DNA of 64,000 nucleotides from Candidatus Neptunichlamydia sp. (GTDB lineage Bacteria; Chlamydiota; Chlamydiia; Chlamydiales; Simkaniaceae): NCBI GenBank assembly GCA_965233865.1, contig OZ247587.1, positions 384,001 to 448,000 of the forward strand, read 5' to 3'. Shown piece by piece: positions 11,021 to 20,566 of this stretch (position 1 is its first letter; each line of letters starts with the position of its first letter). The notes under the pieces were generated by a model. It saw only the letters and a program-made list of their open reading frames with translations, ran no database searches and was not told where the DNA came from. The position numbers and the translations under genes were made by a program.

Positions 11021-11623
11021 ATGACAGAAAACATAAGTTACAGATCGAGGGTCTACATTTGGGAAACGGTGGTAGGAGGTTCCGAAGATGAAAGTCTATT
11101 GCAAAGGCCATCATCTGTAGGTCATTCATCCTTAGGAATTTTCAAAAAAAATGAAGAGGGATCAGAAGTCAGTTCAGCTTATTTAAGCTTAAGGCCTAAA
11201 TATCCGGTCTCGGTCAATCCACTCACGGTATTGTTCCCTGTTCCTTCTCGTAATTTCACTTCACTAAAAGAAGACTTTACCCATGAGGGTCGACTTCCAG
11301 ACAGGACTTATGAAAAGCATTTAAATCCCAAACAATTTTCTCAGCTATCTGCAGAGATACAAAACCAACAAAATTCTTTTACTAAAAATAAGACTTGGTA
11401 TCAATTAATGCCAAAAATGAGTATTTTCAATCCTATAAGAGCTCTAACACATATAGAACTTCCAATCTCTTCTCACTGCGCACTTGCTGTAAGAACAGCA
11501 CTACTATCTACAGGTGTTCTTATCCCGCTCACACCTTTTCCTTGGAAAATAACCCCAAAAGAGTTAGGAAACTCTTTAGAATCAGTTGGTTTCCAAGAGA
11601 CCCCCTCCTCTAGTACACTCTAG
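11021..11623 (+). CDS. Hypothetical protein, paralog of 10126-10812
   Basis: VGHSSLGI...AYLSLRP...SHCAL; aligns by eye with its divergent neighbour. Confidence 0.5.
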   Translation: MTENISYRSRVYIWETVVGGSEDESLLQRPSSVGHSSLGIFKKNEEGSEVSSAYLSLRPKYPVSVNPLTVLFPVPSRNFTSLKEDFTHEGRLPDRTYEKHLNPKQFSQLSAEIQNQQNSFTKNKTWYQLMPKMSIFNPIRALTHIELPISSHCALAVRTALLSTGVLIPLTPFPWKITPKELGNSLESVGFQETPSSSTL

Positions 11624-13113
11624 AACTCGAAGTATCCTTTGATGCCGCCGTAGGCCGCTGTATCGAAATGGAAGTAAGTGCTTTTGGCTCCATGTTGATT
11701 GCGGATTTGAACCCATCCCCCAAAGTTAGCACCTCCGAAGAGTCCTGCTGAAAAACGGCATGTATTGAGGTAGATTCTGAGGTCTATGCCGTTTACATGG
11801 ACAGAGACCATGGATTCTCGGTTATTTTCTCTTTTTCCAACGGGGTGAAAGGAACGGTACCAGCCCCCGAAGCTGCGATAGCTGAGAGCTGAAGACCAGT
11901 GCTCTGCTAAGAAGTAGTGAAGAGAGAAGTCAAAAGAGAACACAGCGTTAACTTTCTATTATTTATGAAAATGCCAATCAAGTCCCAAAATGGAGAATAG
12001 GTAAGTGCTTTTGACTCCCGTTTGCCCGATAACTTCACTATGGATTCCCAGTGGTTTACTATAGGCAAGTCGCCCCCAAATCATCCCTGTATAGAAGGCG
12101 TTGCTTTCCATATTAAAGTGAGTGAAGGCTCCCCGCAGCAGAGCTACGGGGCATCTGTCAGGTGGTTTTGCTTAGCTCCAAAAATCCAGTTGCTGATGTA
12201 ACCTTTTATAGTCTTTTTTTCCTTGGTTTTTGACGTAGTTTCCTATTTTCTCCTCGTCCCCATGCTTCCCCACGGTACTTATAAAATATCCATCACTCCA
12301 AAACTCCCCTCCCCAAAGTATCTTCTTTACTTCAGGCCTTCTCAAAAAAATCTCTTTTGCCGTGATGCTTTTTATTAGCTGAACAGTTTTTTTTGGGCTA
12401 TACATCGGAACTGATTGTATCAGAAAGTGAACATGGTCCTTATCAACACCGATCTCTAAAAAATTTATCTCATATCTCTTTGAAATTTCAAGGCATATGA
12501 CCTTAATTTCTTCATCAACACTCTTGTCAAATACCGCTTTCCTGTATTTGGCCGGACAAACTATGTGGTACATCAAAACTGAGACATTATGACTTTTATG
12601 AATATATTCACTCATGCCAAAAAACTATACTTGTTCAGCTTTTACGCAGCAAGCTGCGGGGAATCAAACCCAAAGAGATTGATATTAGCATGAACGCCAA
12701 GGCTTACGATCCAGCGCCAGTCTTTAATTGCTGTTGTAATGTATCCGATGGAGTAAAACGGCATCGTTGAAATTTTTCTGGTTAAAGGAGGGGTTCTCAT
12801 CCCAGTTAAGGCGCATATAGCCATACCCAAACCCGAAAGACAGGGCGTGATTTTCAACGGGATAGGCGTTAATAAAAATGGCTACAGCCCCTTCGGTATA
12901 CCGAAGGTCAGATCCCTTAAAGCTCTGTTTGTTAATGTCGGCTCTAGTAACGGGTGCAAAACATCTATCGATATAGATTCGATCTTTCTTATGGATAAAG
13001 CAATAATCGGTCGTAAGCAAATAGTCTAGGGAATGCGCTAAAGCGGTGAGTATCAATAGTATTAGGAAAAGCAGAACTTTCTTCATCTTCCCTCCTAGCC
13101 TTCTTTTTGCCAT
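11620..13113 (-). pseudogene. Outer-membrane beta-barrel-like protein, disrupted by an IS200 element plus frameshifts/stops
   Basis: Signal peptide (MKKVLLFLILL), alternating aromatic strands, C-terminal YFEF; fragments 12724-13113, ~12680-12750, ~11950-12126 and 11620-11943. Confidence 0.7.
12127..12682 (-). mobile_element. tnpA: IS200/IS605-family element with Y1 transposase only (no tnpB); ends approximate
   Basis: ORF 12172-12615 with YHIVCPAKYR, DHVH (HuH) and YV.NQ motifs; subterminal hairpins CCCCGCAGC-AGA-GCTACGGGG (12131-12151) and CGCAGC-AA-GCTGCG (12645-12658). Confidence 0.92.
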
Positions 13114-14702
13114 CAGTAGGGAAATAAATTCAACGATTCTCCACCTAACATGCGGAGAAGTTCCTTTTCTTTTTCAGAGGCTTTTAAGGAAGAGACTTCG
13201 GTGATAGTTCGACCATTATTCTCTTTTTTAGAGATTTGAAGATGGTGGTCTGCATAGCGCGCTACTTGGGGGAAGTGGGTGATTGCCAGGATTTGGGAGT
13301 TTTTTCCAAGCTCTTTCAGTTTTTCCCCGACAATAGAAGCTGTTTCTCCTCCGATATTCGCATCAATCTCATCAAAAATAAGCGTAGGAAGAGAACCTTT
13401 CTCTGCAAGGATGATTTTAAGGGCAAAAAGAAAGCGGGCAATTTCTCCACCGCTACTGCGGGTTGAAAGTGAGGCAGGTTCCTCTCCTGGGTTTGCAGCA
13501 AGGGAAAAGGAAATTTGATCTTTCCCTGTGGGTCCTATTTCCTTGGGATCTATGGAGATTAAAACCTTAGCATGGGGGAAGTTAAGGGATCGGAGCTGTG
13601 TTGTAAGCTTATTCTCTAGCTGCCTAGCAGTTTTTGTGCGCTGCTTGGTGAGAGATTCAGCAAGCTTCTCAGTGTTTAAAGTTAGAGTGTGAAATTCTTG
13701 TTTTACTTCCTCGATACTTTCATTGAGGTTTTCAAAGGTATCGATTTGAGTTTTGAGGGATTCAAGGTGGGGATTGATCTCATGGGACTCAACATGGTAT
13801 TTTCTTTTGAGCTGATTTAGAATGGAGAGACGGCTTTCAAGGGCTTGGAGTTTTTCAGGAGAGCATTCAAGAGACTCTAGTTGTTTTGAAACAAGGAATG
13901 AGGCTTCTTGCAAATGGACAACAGCGGCTTGAAGGTGCTCATAGAGGGAGGGGTCATCTATCAGCTTTTGGAATTGGGCGAGCGTAGGGATGAGACTTGG
14001 ATGGTCGAGTCCGCTGCGAACGGACGTTAGTTTTTCTGTGACTTCTTGAGAGTTTGCGAGGATTTTATACTCCTCAAAGAGGTTTTCTTCTTCGCCTTCC
14101 TGGTAATTAAAGGATTCCCATTCTTCAAGCTCCCACTTCAATTGTTTTAGACGGTCTCCTTGTTTCTCTGAATTGAGGGTAATAAGCTTCTTTTCAAGGG
14201 ATTGAAGAGACTGGTATAAGGAAGTGAAAGAGGAAAGGTTGATATCTCCATACAGGTCAAGTAGGGCGCGTTGCGTTTCGGTCTGGCGGATAGAGTCAGA
14301 GCTATTTTGGCTGATGAGATCTAATAGATGGGGGGCTAAACGGGAAAGAAGAGATAGGGGAGCCATCTGAGAATTGATAAAGATGCGATTCTTTGCCGTC
14401 CTTGAGATTTCTCGCTTAAGGATAAGAAGCTCATGAGGGGAAAAGTCGATCCCACTTTCCTGAAGGATTGCCTGGACTTTAGGAAGATTTTGAATATCGA
14501 AGGTTGCTTCAATGACTGCTTTTTCTGCTCCTTTGCGAATGAGATCCGTGCTTACTTTGCGCCCAGAAAGAAGGTGTATAGCTTGAACTAAAAGAGTTTT
14601 GCCTGCGCCGGTTTCTCCGGTTAGAACATGAAAGCCTCGATCGAAGGTGATCGTCGCTGAATCAATGAGAACGAAAAAAGAAAGTGAGAGAGCATTTAAC
14701 AT
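13113..14702 (-). CDS. recN: DNA repair protein RecN
   Basis: TGETGAGKT, SSGGEIAR, FDEIDANIGG and ITHFPQVA motifs. Confidence 0.95.
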   Translation of the reverse strand: MLNALSLSFFVLIDSATITFDRGFHVLTGETGAGKTLLVQAIHLLSGRKVSTDLIRKGAEKAVIEATFDIQNLPKVQAILQESGIDFSPHELLILKREISRTAKNRIFINSQMAPLSLLSRLAPHLLDLISQNSSDSIRQTETQRALLDLYGDINLSSFTSLYQSLQSLEKKLITLNSEKQGDRLKQLKWELEEWESFNYQEGEEENLFEEYKILANSQEVTEKLTSVRSGLDHPSLIPTLAQFQKLIDDPSLYEHLQAAVVHLQEASFLVSKQLESLECSPEKLQALESRLSILNQLKRKYHVESHEINPHLESLKTQIDTFENLNESIEEVKQEFHTLTLNTEKLAESLTKQRTKTARQLENKLTTQLRSLNFPHAKVLISIDPKEIGPTGKDQISFSLAANPGEEPASLSTRSSGGEIARFLFALKIILAEKGSLPTLIFDEIDANIGGETASIVGEKLKELGKNSQILAITHFPQVARYADHHLQISKKENNGRTITEVSSLKASEKEKELLRMLGGESLNLFPY

Positions 14703-14735
14703 ACTCTCCCACTATAGTGTATTAGAGCTTTTTTC

Positions 14736-15167
14736 TTAAAGTGCTTGCCAGTGCTTTTGTTGTGCAGATTTTGCTGCGCGATCAAAATCGGTGTTTGTGG
14801 CTTCACTGAAACCATAAATTCCACCTACAATACTTCCAATCCAAGCGCAATAACCGACACCCATAGGTCCACTAAGAACGAGCCCGATGCCCATCCCAAT
14901 GAGCATCCCATCTATGGAGCAATGAGCTGTCATGCGGATGGTTGTAACCATATTGACGGCTTTATTCTTTAGGTACTGAGCTCGGCTCGCAAGATTAGAT
15001 GTGGCATCTGAAATTGTGCCCATTACAGATGATGAAACGTCAGAAATAGTCTCAACTTTACTTGAAAAGGTAGAAGTAACAGATTTTTTTGAACTAGTCA
15101 AAAAATGCATTGCAGACTCGCCATATGGCTTAAAAGTCTTTATTGCGCTATTTAAATAATACGACAT
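14736..15167 (-). CDS. Hypothetical protein with glycine-rich hydrophobic hairpin (Inc-like candidate)
   Basis: Ser/Thr-rich N-terminus, GMLIGMGIGLVLSGPMGVG...GSIVGGIYG hairpin, GGGGAG RBS, very AT-rich upstream DNA. Confidence 0.55.
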   Translation of the reverse strand: MSYYLNSAIKTFKPYGESAMHFLTSSKKSVTSTFSSKVETISDVSSSVMGTISDATSNLASRAQYLKNKAVNMVTTIRMTAHCSIDGMLIGMGIGLVLSGPMGVGYCAWIGSIVGGIYGFSEATNTDFDRAAKSAQQKHWQAL

Positions 15168-15699
15168 ATTCTCCCCTTGTTACTAGCGATATTAATAATA
15201 TCAATTAATTAAATTAATTACAAAATATAAAATAATTATAATTTATTTTTATTATAATTATAAATAAAATTTAACATTAACATTAACATGAATTTTGAGT
15301 TTGTTTTTGCTTAAATTCCCCCTCATTTTTAAGCCAAAAAGATGGGGAAGGAAGCGAAAGATTTCTTAACTAAGGGAAAAAGGGGAGCTCGAGGTGATAT
15401 AGTGGTTTAAATTTAAACTACTATAGTATAAGAGATGTTTGGGTATGTTCTAAGCAGCTCAGTACAGGGTATTTTTTAACAGACTCCAAATTTCTCATTA
15501 ATAATCAGTAGCTTAAAGTTCTTTAAGAATAGTCCAAATTTTTCAGAAATTGTCGCTTTAACGATTTTGTGCTACTTTTCCTCTTCGGTGTAAATGGTTT
15601 CCATATTGTGCTCAATTTAAAGATATAGAATGTTTTACGTATATCTTGATACGCACATTACCTGCAAGAAAAGTTAGTGCAGAGTCTTATAATCTTATC

Positions 15700-16065
15700 T
15701 TATTTCTTCTTCGATGGGCAGTTTGGATTTTTGCATGTGACAAAGTACTCCTCTCCACAGAAAGGGCAGTCGTTAAGTATCTTAATCCGTTCTGCATGGA
15801 CCCAACACCCACGGTCATCAGAACGTAGAAGGGGAATGTGAAGGTGTTCGTTACCATTGAGATTTAGAAAAAGCCCATCAGAAGTTGGGTAGATGTTGTC
15901 TGAGTTAAGATAGATTTTATCGTGATCATATTCCTGAACGCAATAGGTTTCATTGCTGATGATTTTATTGAGCATTTCTTCTGAAATGGGGTTAGCCATT
16001 ACTGCTTGAGATAAAGTCAAAAAAACTGTTACAATAAAGGCTAAAAAGTATGAGTGAGTATTCAT
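15700..16065 (-). CDS. Exported small protein with C-terminal Cys cluster
   Basis: Signal peptide; CPFC...C...C C-terminus. Confidence 0.55.
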   Translation of the reverse strand: MNTHSYFLAFIVTVFLTLSQAVMANPISEEMLNKIISNETYCVQEYDHDKIYLNSDNIYPTSDGLFLNLNGNEHLHIPLLRSDDRGCWVHAERIKILNDCPFCGEEYFVTCKNPNCPSKKK

Positions 16066-16080
16066 AAGCACCTCGCAAAC

Positions 16081-16941
16081 ATGAAAAATATAAAAAAGAG
16101 ACCTCCATTAAAATTTTTAATTGCTTTGATGTCAATATTAATGTTCTGTGCATGTTCCAAAGTAGAGCATAAAAATGAATTGCCAATTGAAGAAAAGATC
16201 TGGATGAGCAGATTCTTTGAGCATCTTTTATTAGATAATCATGGGATTTATACTCTATGGGGATCAAAACCTATGGTGAGGTTTGAGATGTGCCTTTATA
16301 CAGATGAGGAGCTGAGTAAACTACAGGACGAAGTCGAAGAAAACGCGAATGTTGAAAGAGTAGTTATTGAAAACTATGACTTTCCTGAGAACTGGTTAAA
16401 ATGGGAAAAGGTGCGCCATCAATATGGAATCAGTCAATTTCTTCTTTTTAAAAAGGACAACCCATACGACCCTAAGTTACCATTAATTTTCTTCGTCAAT
16501 ATTTTCGAGACAGCTTTGATCATTCAAGAAAACTACTCATTGTTTAGGAAGTATATTGGTGAAGATTTTGACAGCCTCGAAATGGTCTTTGATCTACAGA
16601 AAGATTCTTCTGAATTTTGGGATATCGTATTTGAAAGATCAGAATTAGTGGGAATTTTGTATGGTTTCGGTCTCAAAAACACTCTTTGCTTCAATTGGAA
16701 ACATAGAGAAAATCAATCTAATATTCAAGACTTTGCACATTCTCTCAGTTTTGAATTTTCTAACAAAATAAGAAATTATGGAAGTGCGACAATGAACACA
16801 GTTTCTTTGCCAACTTTTGCTGAATTTGATGCAGATGGATCGATGATCCATAGATATGAAGCTGAGAGAGAAAAAATCCAAAAAATCTATAAAAACCAAG
16901 ACTTCGTTGATTGCACAATTGATAGGTTAACAGGAAATTAG
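16081..16941 (+). CDS. Hypothetical lipoprotein-like protein
   Basis: Basic N-terminus, hydrophobic stretch, FCACS lipobox-like motif. Confidence 0.55.
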   Translation: MKNIKKRPPLKFLIALMSILMFCACSKVEHKNELPIEEKIWMSRFFEHLLLDNHGIYTLWGSKPMVRFEMCLYTDEELSKLQDEVEENANVERVVIENYDFPENWLKWEKVRHQYGISQFLLFKKDNPYDPKLPLIFFVNIFETALIIQENYSLFRKYIGEDFDSLEMVFDLQKDSSEFWDIVFERSELVGILYGFGLKNTLCFNWKHRENQSNIQDFAHSLSFEFSNKIRNYGSATMNTVSLPTFAEFDADGSMIHRYEAEREKIQKIYKNQDFVDCTIDRLTGN

Positions 16942-17033
16942 GCCAGTGGGCCTATTTGAACAGAGAGGCACTGTTTCAAATAAGGATCAAACTTGAGAAA
17001 CCGAAAGAATCTTTTTTTTGTCTTGCACTGAGT

Positions 17034-17930
17034 CTAGGCAGTTAAAAAGTCTTGGGTGGTCTTGAAGTGAAGTTTAGCAACCTGATGGAGGGCTTGTTCT
17101 CCATGGACTCTAACAAACTTTTGGCCTGCCTTGACGACAAGGGCAGAGGCTCCTTTGGGAAGTTCGAGCTCGAATTCTTTTGATAGGCAGTCGATCCCTT
17201 GGACAAAAGCTGCGCGCGCTAGAATCGAGGCTCCAGCAACGACAATGTCCTCCTCCCCCCGGTGGCGCTGGGTAAGATCGACTTTTAAAGCTTTTTTCTT
17301 TAGGGCATTTTCGACAACATGTTCGCTAGCAAACTGGTCAATAATCACTTCGGTGCACTGGGATTTTTCCACCAGCTCTTCTATAGCTGTGGCATGTCCC
17401 CAGGCAAGGAGATGATTTAGATTTCTAAACTGATTGTAGAGCTCGTTATAGCGTTTAGGGAAGATTTTGATTAGGGAATAGTCACATTCTTTCTTAATTT
17501 TCTCAGCAATTTTAATGATCTTTGGATCGGAGAGGCGCTTGCTGTCACGAATTCCCATTTGAATAAGGGATGTAATTTGATTGCTATCTGCGTAAAGCGC
17601 AGCGACACACAGGGGGCCAAAGACATCTCCTTTCCCGGCTTCATCTACGCCGATACGGGAGAGGGTGTTCATTGTTGTTTCAGGGTAGGAATAGGAGAGA
17701 TTGCCAAGGATTTCGGGTTCAAGGTAAAAGGAAATAAAGTCATCCTTTCCTTTTCCCTGGACCATGAGCTTTCCTGACTGATACAGAGTGCACGAAACTC
17801 CTTGCTTTTTCGCCTGAAATACCGTGTAGGTAGGCTCTGAGAGCTCGAATCCTTGATCGATTAGATCTTGCTTCATTTTGGGAGCGAAGGAAGTATCGAT
17901 CTCTGTTACAAAACTTGCTGACTTTGCCAT
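17034..17930 (-). CDS. rnhC: Ribonuclease HIII
   Basis: N-terminal TBP-like domain; IGVDEAGKGDVFGPL, RDSKRL, ASILAR and KLHFKT motifs. Confidence 0.95.
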   Translation of the reverse strand: MAKSASFVTEIDTSFAPKMKQDLIDQGFELSEPTYTVFQAKKQGVSCTLYQSGKLMVQGKGKDDFISFYLEPEILGNLSYSYPETTMNTLSRIGVDEAGKGDVFGPLCVAALYADSNQITSLIQMGIRDSKRLSDPKIIKIAEKIKKECDYSLIKIFPKRYNELYNQFRNLNHLLAWGHATAIEELVEKSQCTEVIIDQFASEHVVENALKKKALKVDLTQRHRGEEDIVVAGASILARAAFVQGIDCLSKEFELELPKGASALVVKAGQKFVRVHGEQALHQVAKLHFKTTQDFLTA

Positions 17931-17997
17931 ATTGGGAATTTTACCAAATCCTTTAATTAAAATCACCTATCGGGTAAATTGATAAAAAAATAAAAGT

Positions 17998-18411
17998 GTG
18001 TCTATGAAAGATAAAATGAAGAAGTTTGGTGAGCTCTTTAAATCGAAGCGGAAAGAGCTCAATTTATCGTTGAAAGAAGTGGAAAATGCCACCTCAATTC
18101 GAATCAATCATTTGGAATCGATTGAAGAAGGAAAGGATGAGGATTTCCTTTCTCCTGTATACATGCTGGGATTTATGCGCCAATATGCGACATTTTTAGG
18201 ACTCGATGGAGATAAGCTCCTTGAGGAGAATCCAGAAGCTGTAAAGCTTACTCAGAATAAACAAGATTTTGCATATGGAATCGGGACTCTAGAAGTTCGA
18301 GGAAGTATGGGTGGAGGGGTGAAATGGCTTCCCAATTTAATTTGGGCATCGGTGACTGTTGTGGTCATTGTTGGTGCTTATTATTTAGCTAAATACTTAG
18401 GTGTGATTTAA
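17998..18411 (+). CDS. RodZ-like HTH membrane protein
   Basis: LSLKEVENATSIRINHLESIEEG...GFMRQYATFLGLD plus C-terminal TM segment. Confidence 0.85.
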   Translation: MSMKDKMKKFGELFKSKRKELNLSLKEVENATSIRINHLESIEEGKDEDFLSPVYMLGFMRQYATFLGLDGDKLLEENPEAVKLTQNKQDFAYGIGTLEVRGSMGGGVKWLPNLIWASVTVVVIVGAYYLAKYLGVI

Positions 18412-18425
18412 CTTAAGAAAGGTTT

Positions 18426-20459
18426 ATGTCGACTGAACCCTATAAAAACCGCTTGATCAAAGAGAAATCTCCATACCTTCTTCAACATGCGCATAACCCT
18501 GTTGATTGGTATCCCTGGGGTCCTGAGGCTTTTGAAAAAGCAAGGGTGGAGGATAAGCCGATTTTTCTTTCTATCGGGTATGCGACCTGCCACTGGTGCC
18601 ACGTCATGAGTCGAGAATCTTTTGAGAATCTTGGGGTTGCCTCAAGGATGAATGAAGTTTTCATCAATATCAAAGTTGATCGAGAAGAGCTTCCTGAAAT
18701 TGATAGCCTTTACATGGAATTTGCTCAGGCATTAATGGCATCGGGAACAGGCTGGCCTCTTAACGTCATATTAACTCCAGATCTCAAACCTTTTTATGCT
18801 GCGACTTATCTTTCACCTGAAGAAAGGCAAGGAACGATGGGCCTTAAACAGCTCACAGAACACATCCAAAAACTCTGGGAGAGTGAAGAAAAAGAACTCC
18901 TCTTTGATCAGGCCAATAAGCTAGTAGATCTATTTGAGAAATCGGTGATGACGCGTGGAGATGAGCTACCTACCGATAGTGTTGTTAATGAGGCGGTTCA
19001 AGTGCTTTTTGACTCTGCTGACCCTATCTATGGGGGGCAGAAAGGGGCTCCGAAGTTTCCTGTTGGCTATCAATGTCAGTTTTTTCTGGCCTATGCAAAA
19101 CTTTACGAAGATGCCCGCCCTCTCTTTTTTGTAGAAAAGACCTTATCAAAGATCTACCAGGGGGGGATTTATGACCATGTCGGCGGCGGTTTTTCTAGAT
19201 ATAGTGTCGACGAGAAATGGCTTGTTCCTCACTTTGAAAAAATGCTTTACGATAATGCTCTTCTTGCGGCGGCTTATCTGGATGCATGGCGTTACACGAA
19301 GGATAAGCAGCATAAAAAGGTTTGCAATGAGGTCCTTGAGTATGTCCTTCGAGATATGAGGCATCCCGATGGGGCTTTTTATTCTGCTGAAGATGCGGAT
19401 ACTGATGGTGTTGAGGGAGTCTTTTATTTATGGACAAAAAAAGAAATTGAGGCTTTGCTTTCCGTTGACGATGCTTCTCTTTTCTGTGAGTATTTCGATG
19501 TCACTGAAATAGGGAGTTTTGAGGAGAAAAATATTCTTCACCGTCCCCTTTCTATTGAGGAGTTTTGTGATTATCGGGGATTTAATCAAATAGATGTTGA
19601 AGAGTCGCTAGAAAATTCTCTCAAACTCCTCAAAAAGGAGCGTAGCAAGCGAAAGCATCCCTTTAAGGACGATAAGATTTTGGTCTCGTGGAATGCTCTA
19701 ATGATAGATACTCTTGTGAAAGCAGGGATGGCCTTTGAAAATGAAACATATGTGACTGCGGGGATTGAAGCAGTGACGTTTATTAAAAAGCACCTCTGGA
19801 AAAGAGGTAAACTCTTAAGGCGGTTTCGTGAGGGAGAAGCCGGTTATGAAGGGGGGCTTGATGATTATGCTTCACTGATTCGAGCATTGATTACTCTATA
19901 TGAATCCGGCCAGGGAGAAGAGTACCTTGATTGGGCTCTTGAAATGACGACCCATCTAGAATGTGATTATAAAGCTGATAATGGGGCATTTTATCTCACA
20001 GGGCCTGATCATTCGATCCTTCTCAGGAGATGCGAACTTTATGACAGCTCTCAGCCTTCTGGAAATGCTCTCCATGCTGAGAATCTCCTCCGCTTGTATC
20101 AAATCACGCATAATCGAGATTATTGGATTCAAGCCGAAGATATCTTGAAAGTTGCTAAAGGCTTTATTGAAGCCTACCCGCAAGGCTCGTCGTATCATCT
20201 TATCAATTTACTGAGGTATTTGGACAAGGAACTGCCAATCTTGGTTGTGGCCCTGGATTCAAAAATGACTTACCAAAAAGAGATCCGAAAGTTTGTCTAT
20301 TCAAATCTTATTCCCCATCTTACGTTGTGTTTCAAAAAAAAATCAAAAACGTACCCATTAGTTGACGGAAGAACAACCTTTTATTTGTGCATGCAAGGAA
20401 AATGTCAATCTCCAGTTACCGATTTTTCAACAATAGAGAATTTCATAGACAGACTCTAA
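18426..20459 (+). CDS. Thioredoxin-domain protein, YyaL/SSP411 family
   Basis: [32 protein letters not shown] and [11 protein letters not shown] motifs. Confidence 0.95.
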   Translation: MSTEPYKNRLIKEKSPYLLQHAHNPVDWYPWGPEAFEKARVEDKPIFLSIGYATCHWCHVMSRESFENLGVASRMNEVFINIKVDREELPEIDSLYMEFAQALMASGTGWPLNVILTPDLKPFYAATYLSPEERQGTMGLKQLTEHIQKLWESEEKELLFDQANKLVDLFEKSVMTRGDELPTDSVVNEAVQVLFDSADPIYGGQKGAPKFPVGYQCQFFLAYAKLYEDARPLFFVEKTLSKIYQGGIYDHVGGGFSRYSVDEKWLVPHFEKMLYDNALLAAAYLDAWRYTKDKQHKKVCNEVLEYVLRDMRHPDGAFYSAEDADTDGVEGVFYLWTKKEIEALLSVDDASLFCEYFDVTEIGSFEEKNILHRPLSIEEFCDYRGFNQIDVEESLENSLKLLKKERSKRKHPFKDDKILVSWNALMIDTLVKAGMAFENETYVTAGIEAVTFIKKHLWKRGKLLRRFREGEAGYEGGLDDYASLIRALITLYESGQGEEYLDWALEMTTHLECDYKADNGAFYLTGPDHSILLRRCELYDSSQPSGNALHAENLLRLYQITHNRDYWIQAEDILKVAKGFIEAYPQGSSYHLINLLRYLDKELPILVVALDSKMTYQKEIRKFVYSNLIPHLTLCFKKKSKTYPLVDGRTTFYLCMQGKCQSPVTDFSTIENFIDRL

Positions 20460-20566
20460 TCTTCATGCTATATATTAGTCTTAAAATTGTATGTTTTTTT
20501 GCTGAATTTCCGTACGGCAGAAGTGTGCGAAATGTAAGATGCTGGAATTGAATTAAGGATTAACGA

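Noticed and set aside
12172..12615. TnpB/IscB RNA-guided nuclease associated with the IS200 element
   Set aside because: The hairpin ends enclose only tnpA; there is no room for a second ORF
15440..15605. Possible degraded paralog of the 16081 lipoprotein on the minus strand
   Set aside because: Only a few residues of similarity, with stops; not distinguishable from chance by eye
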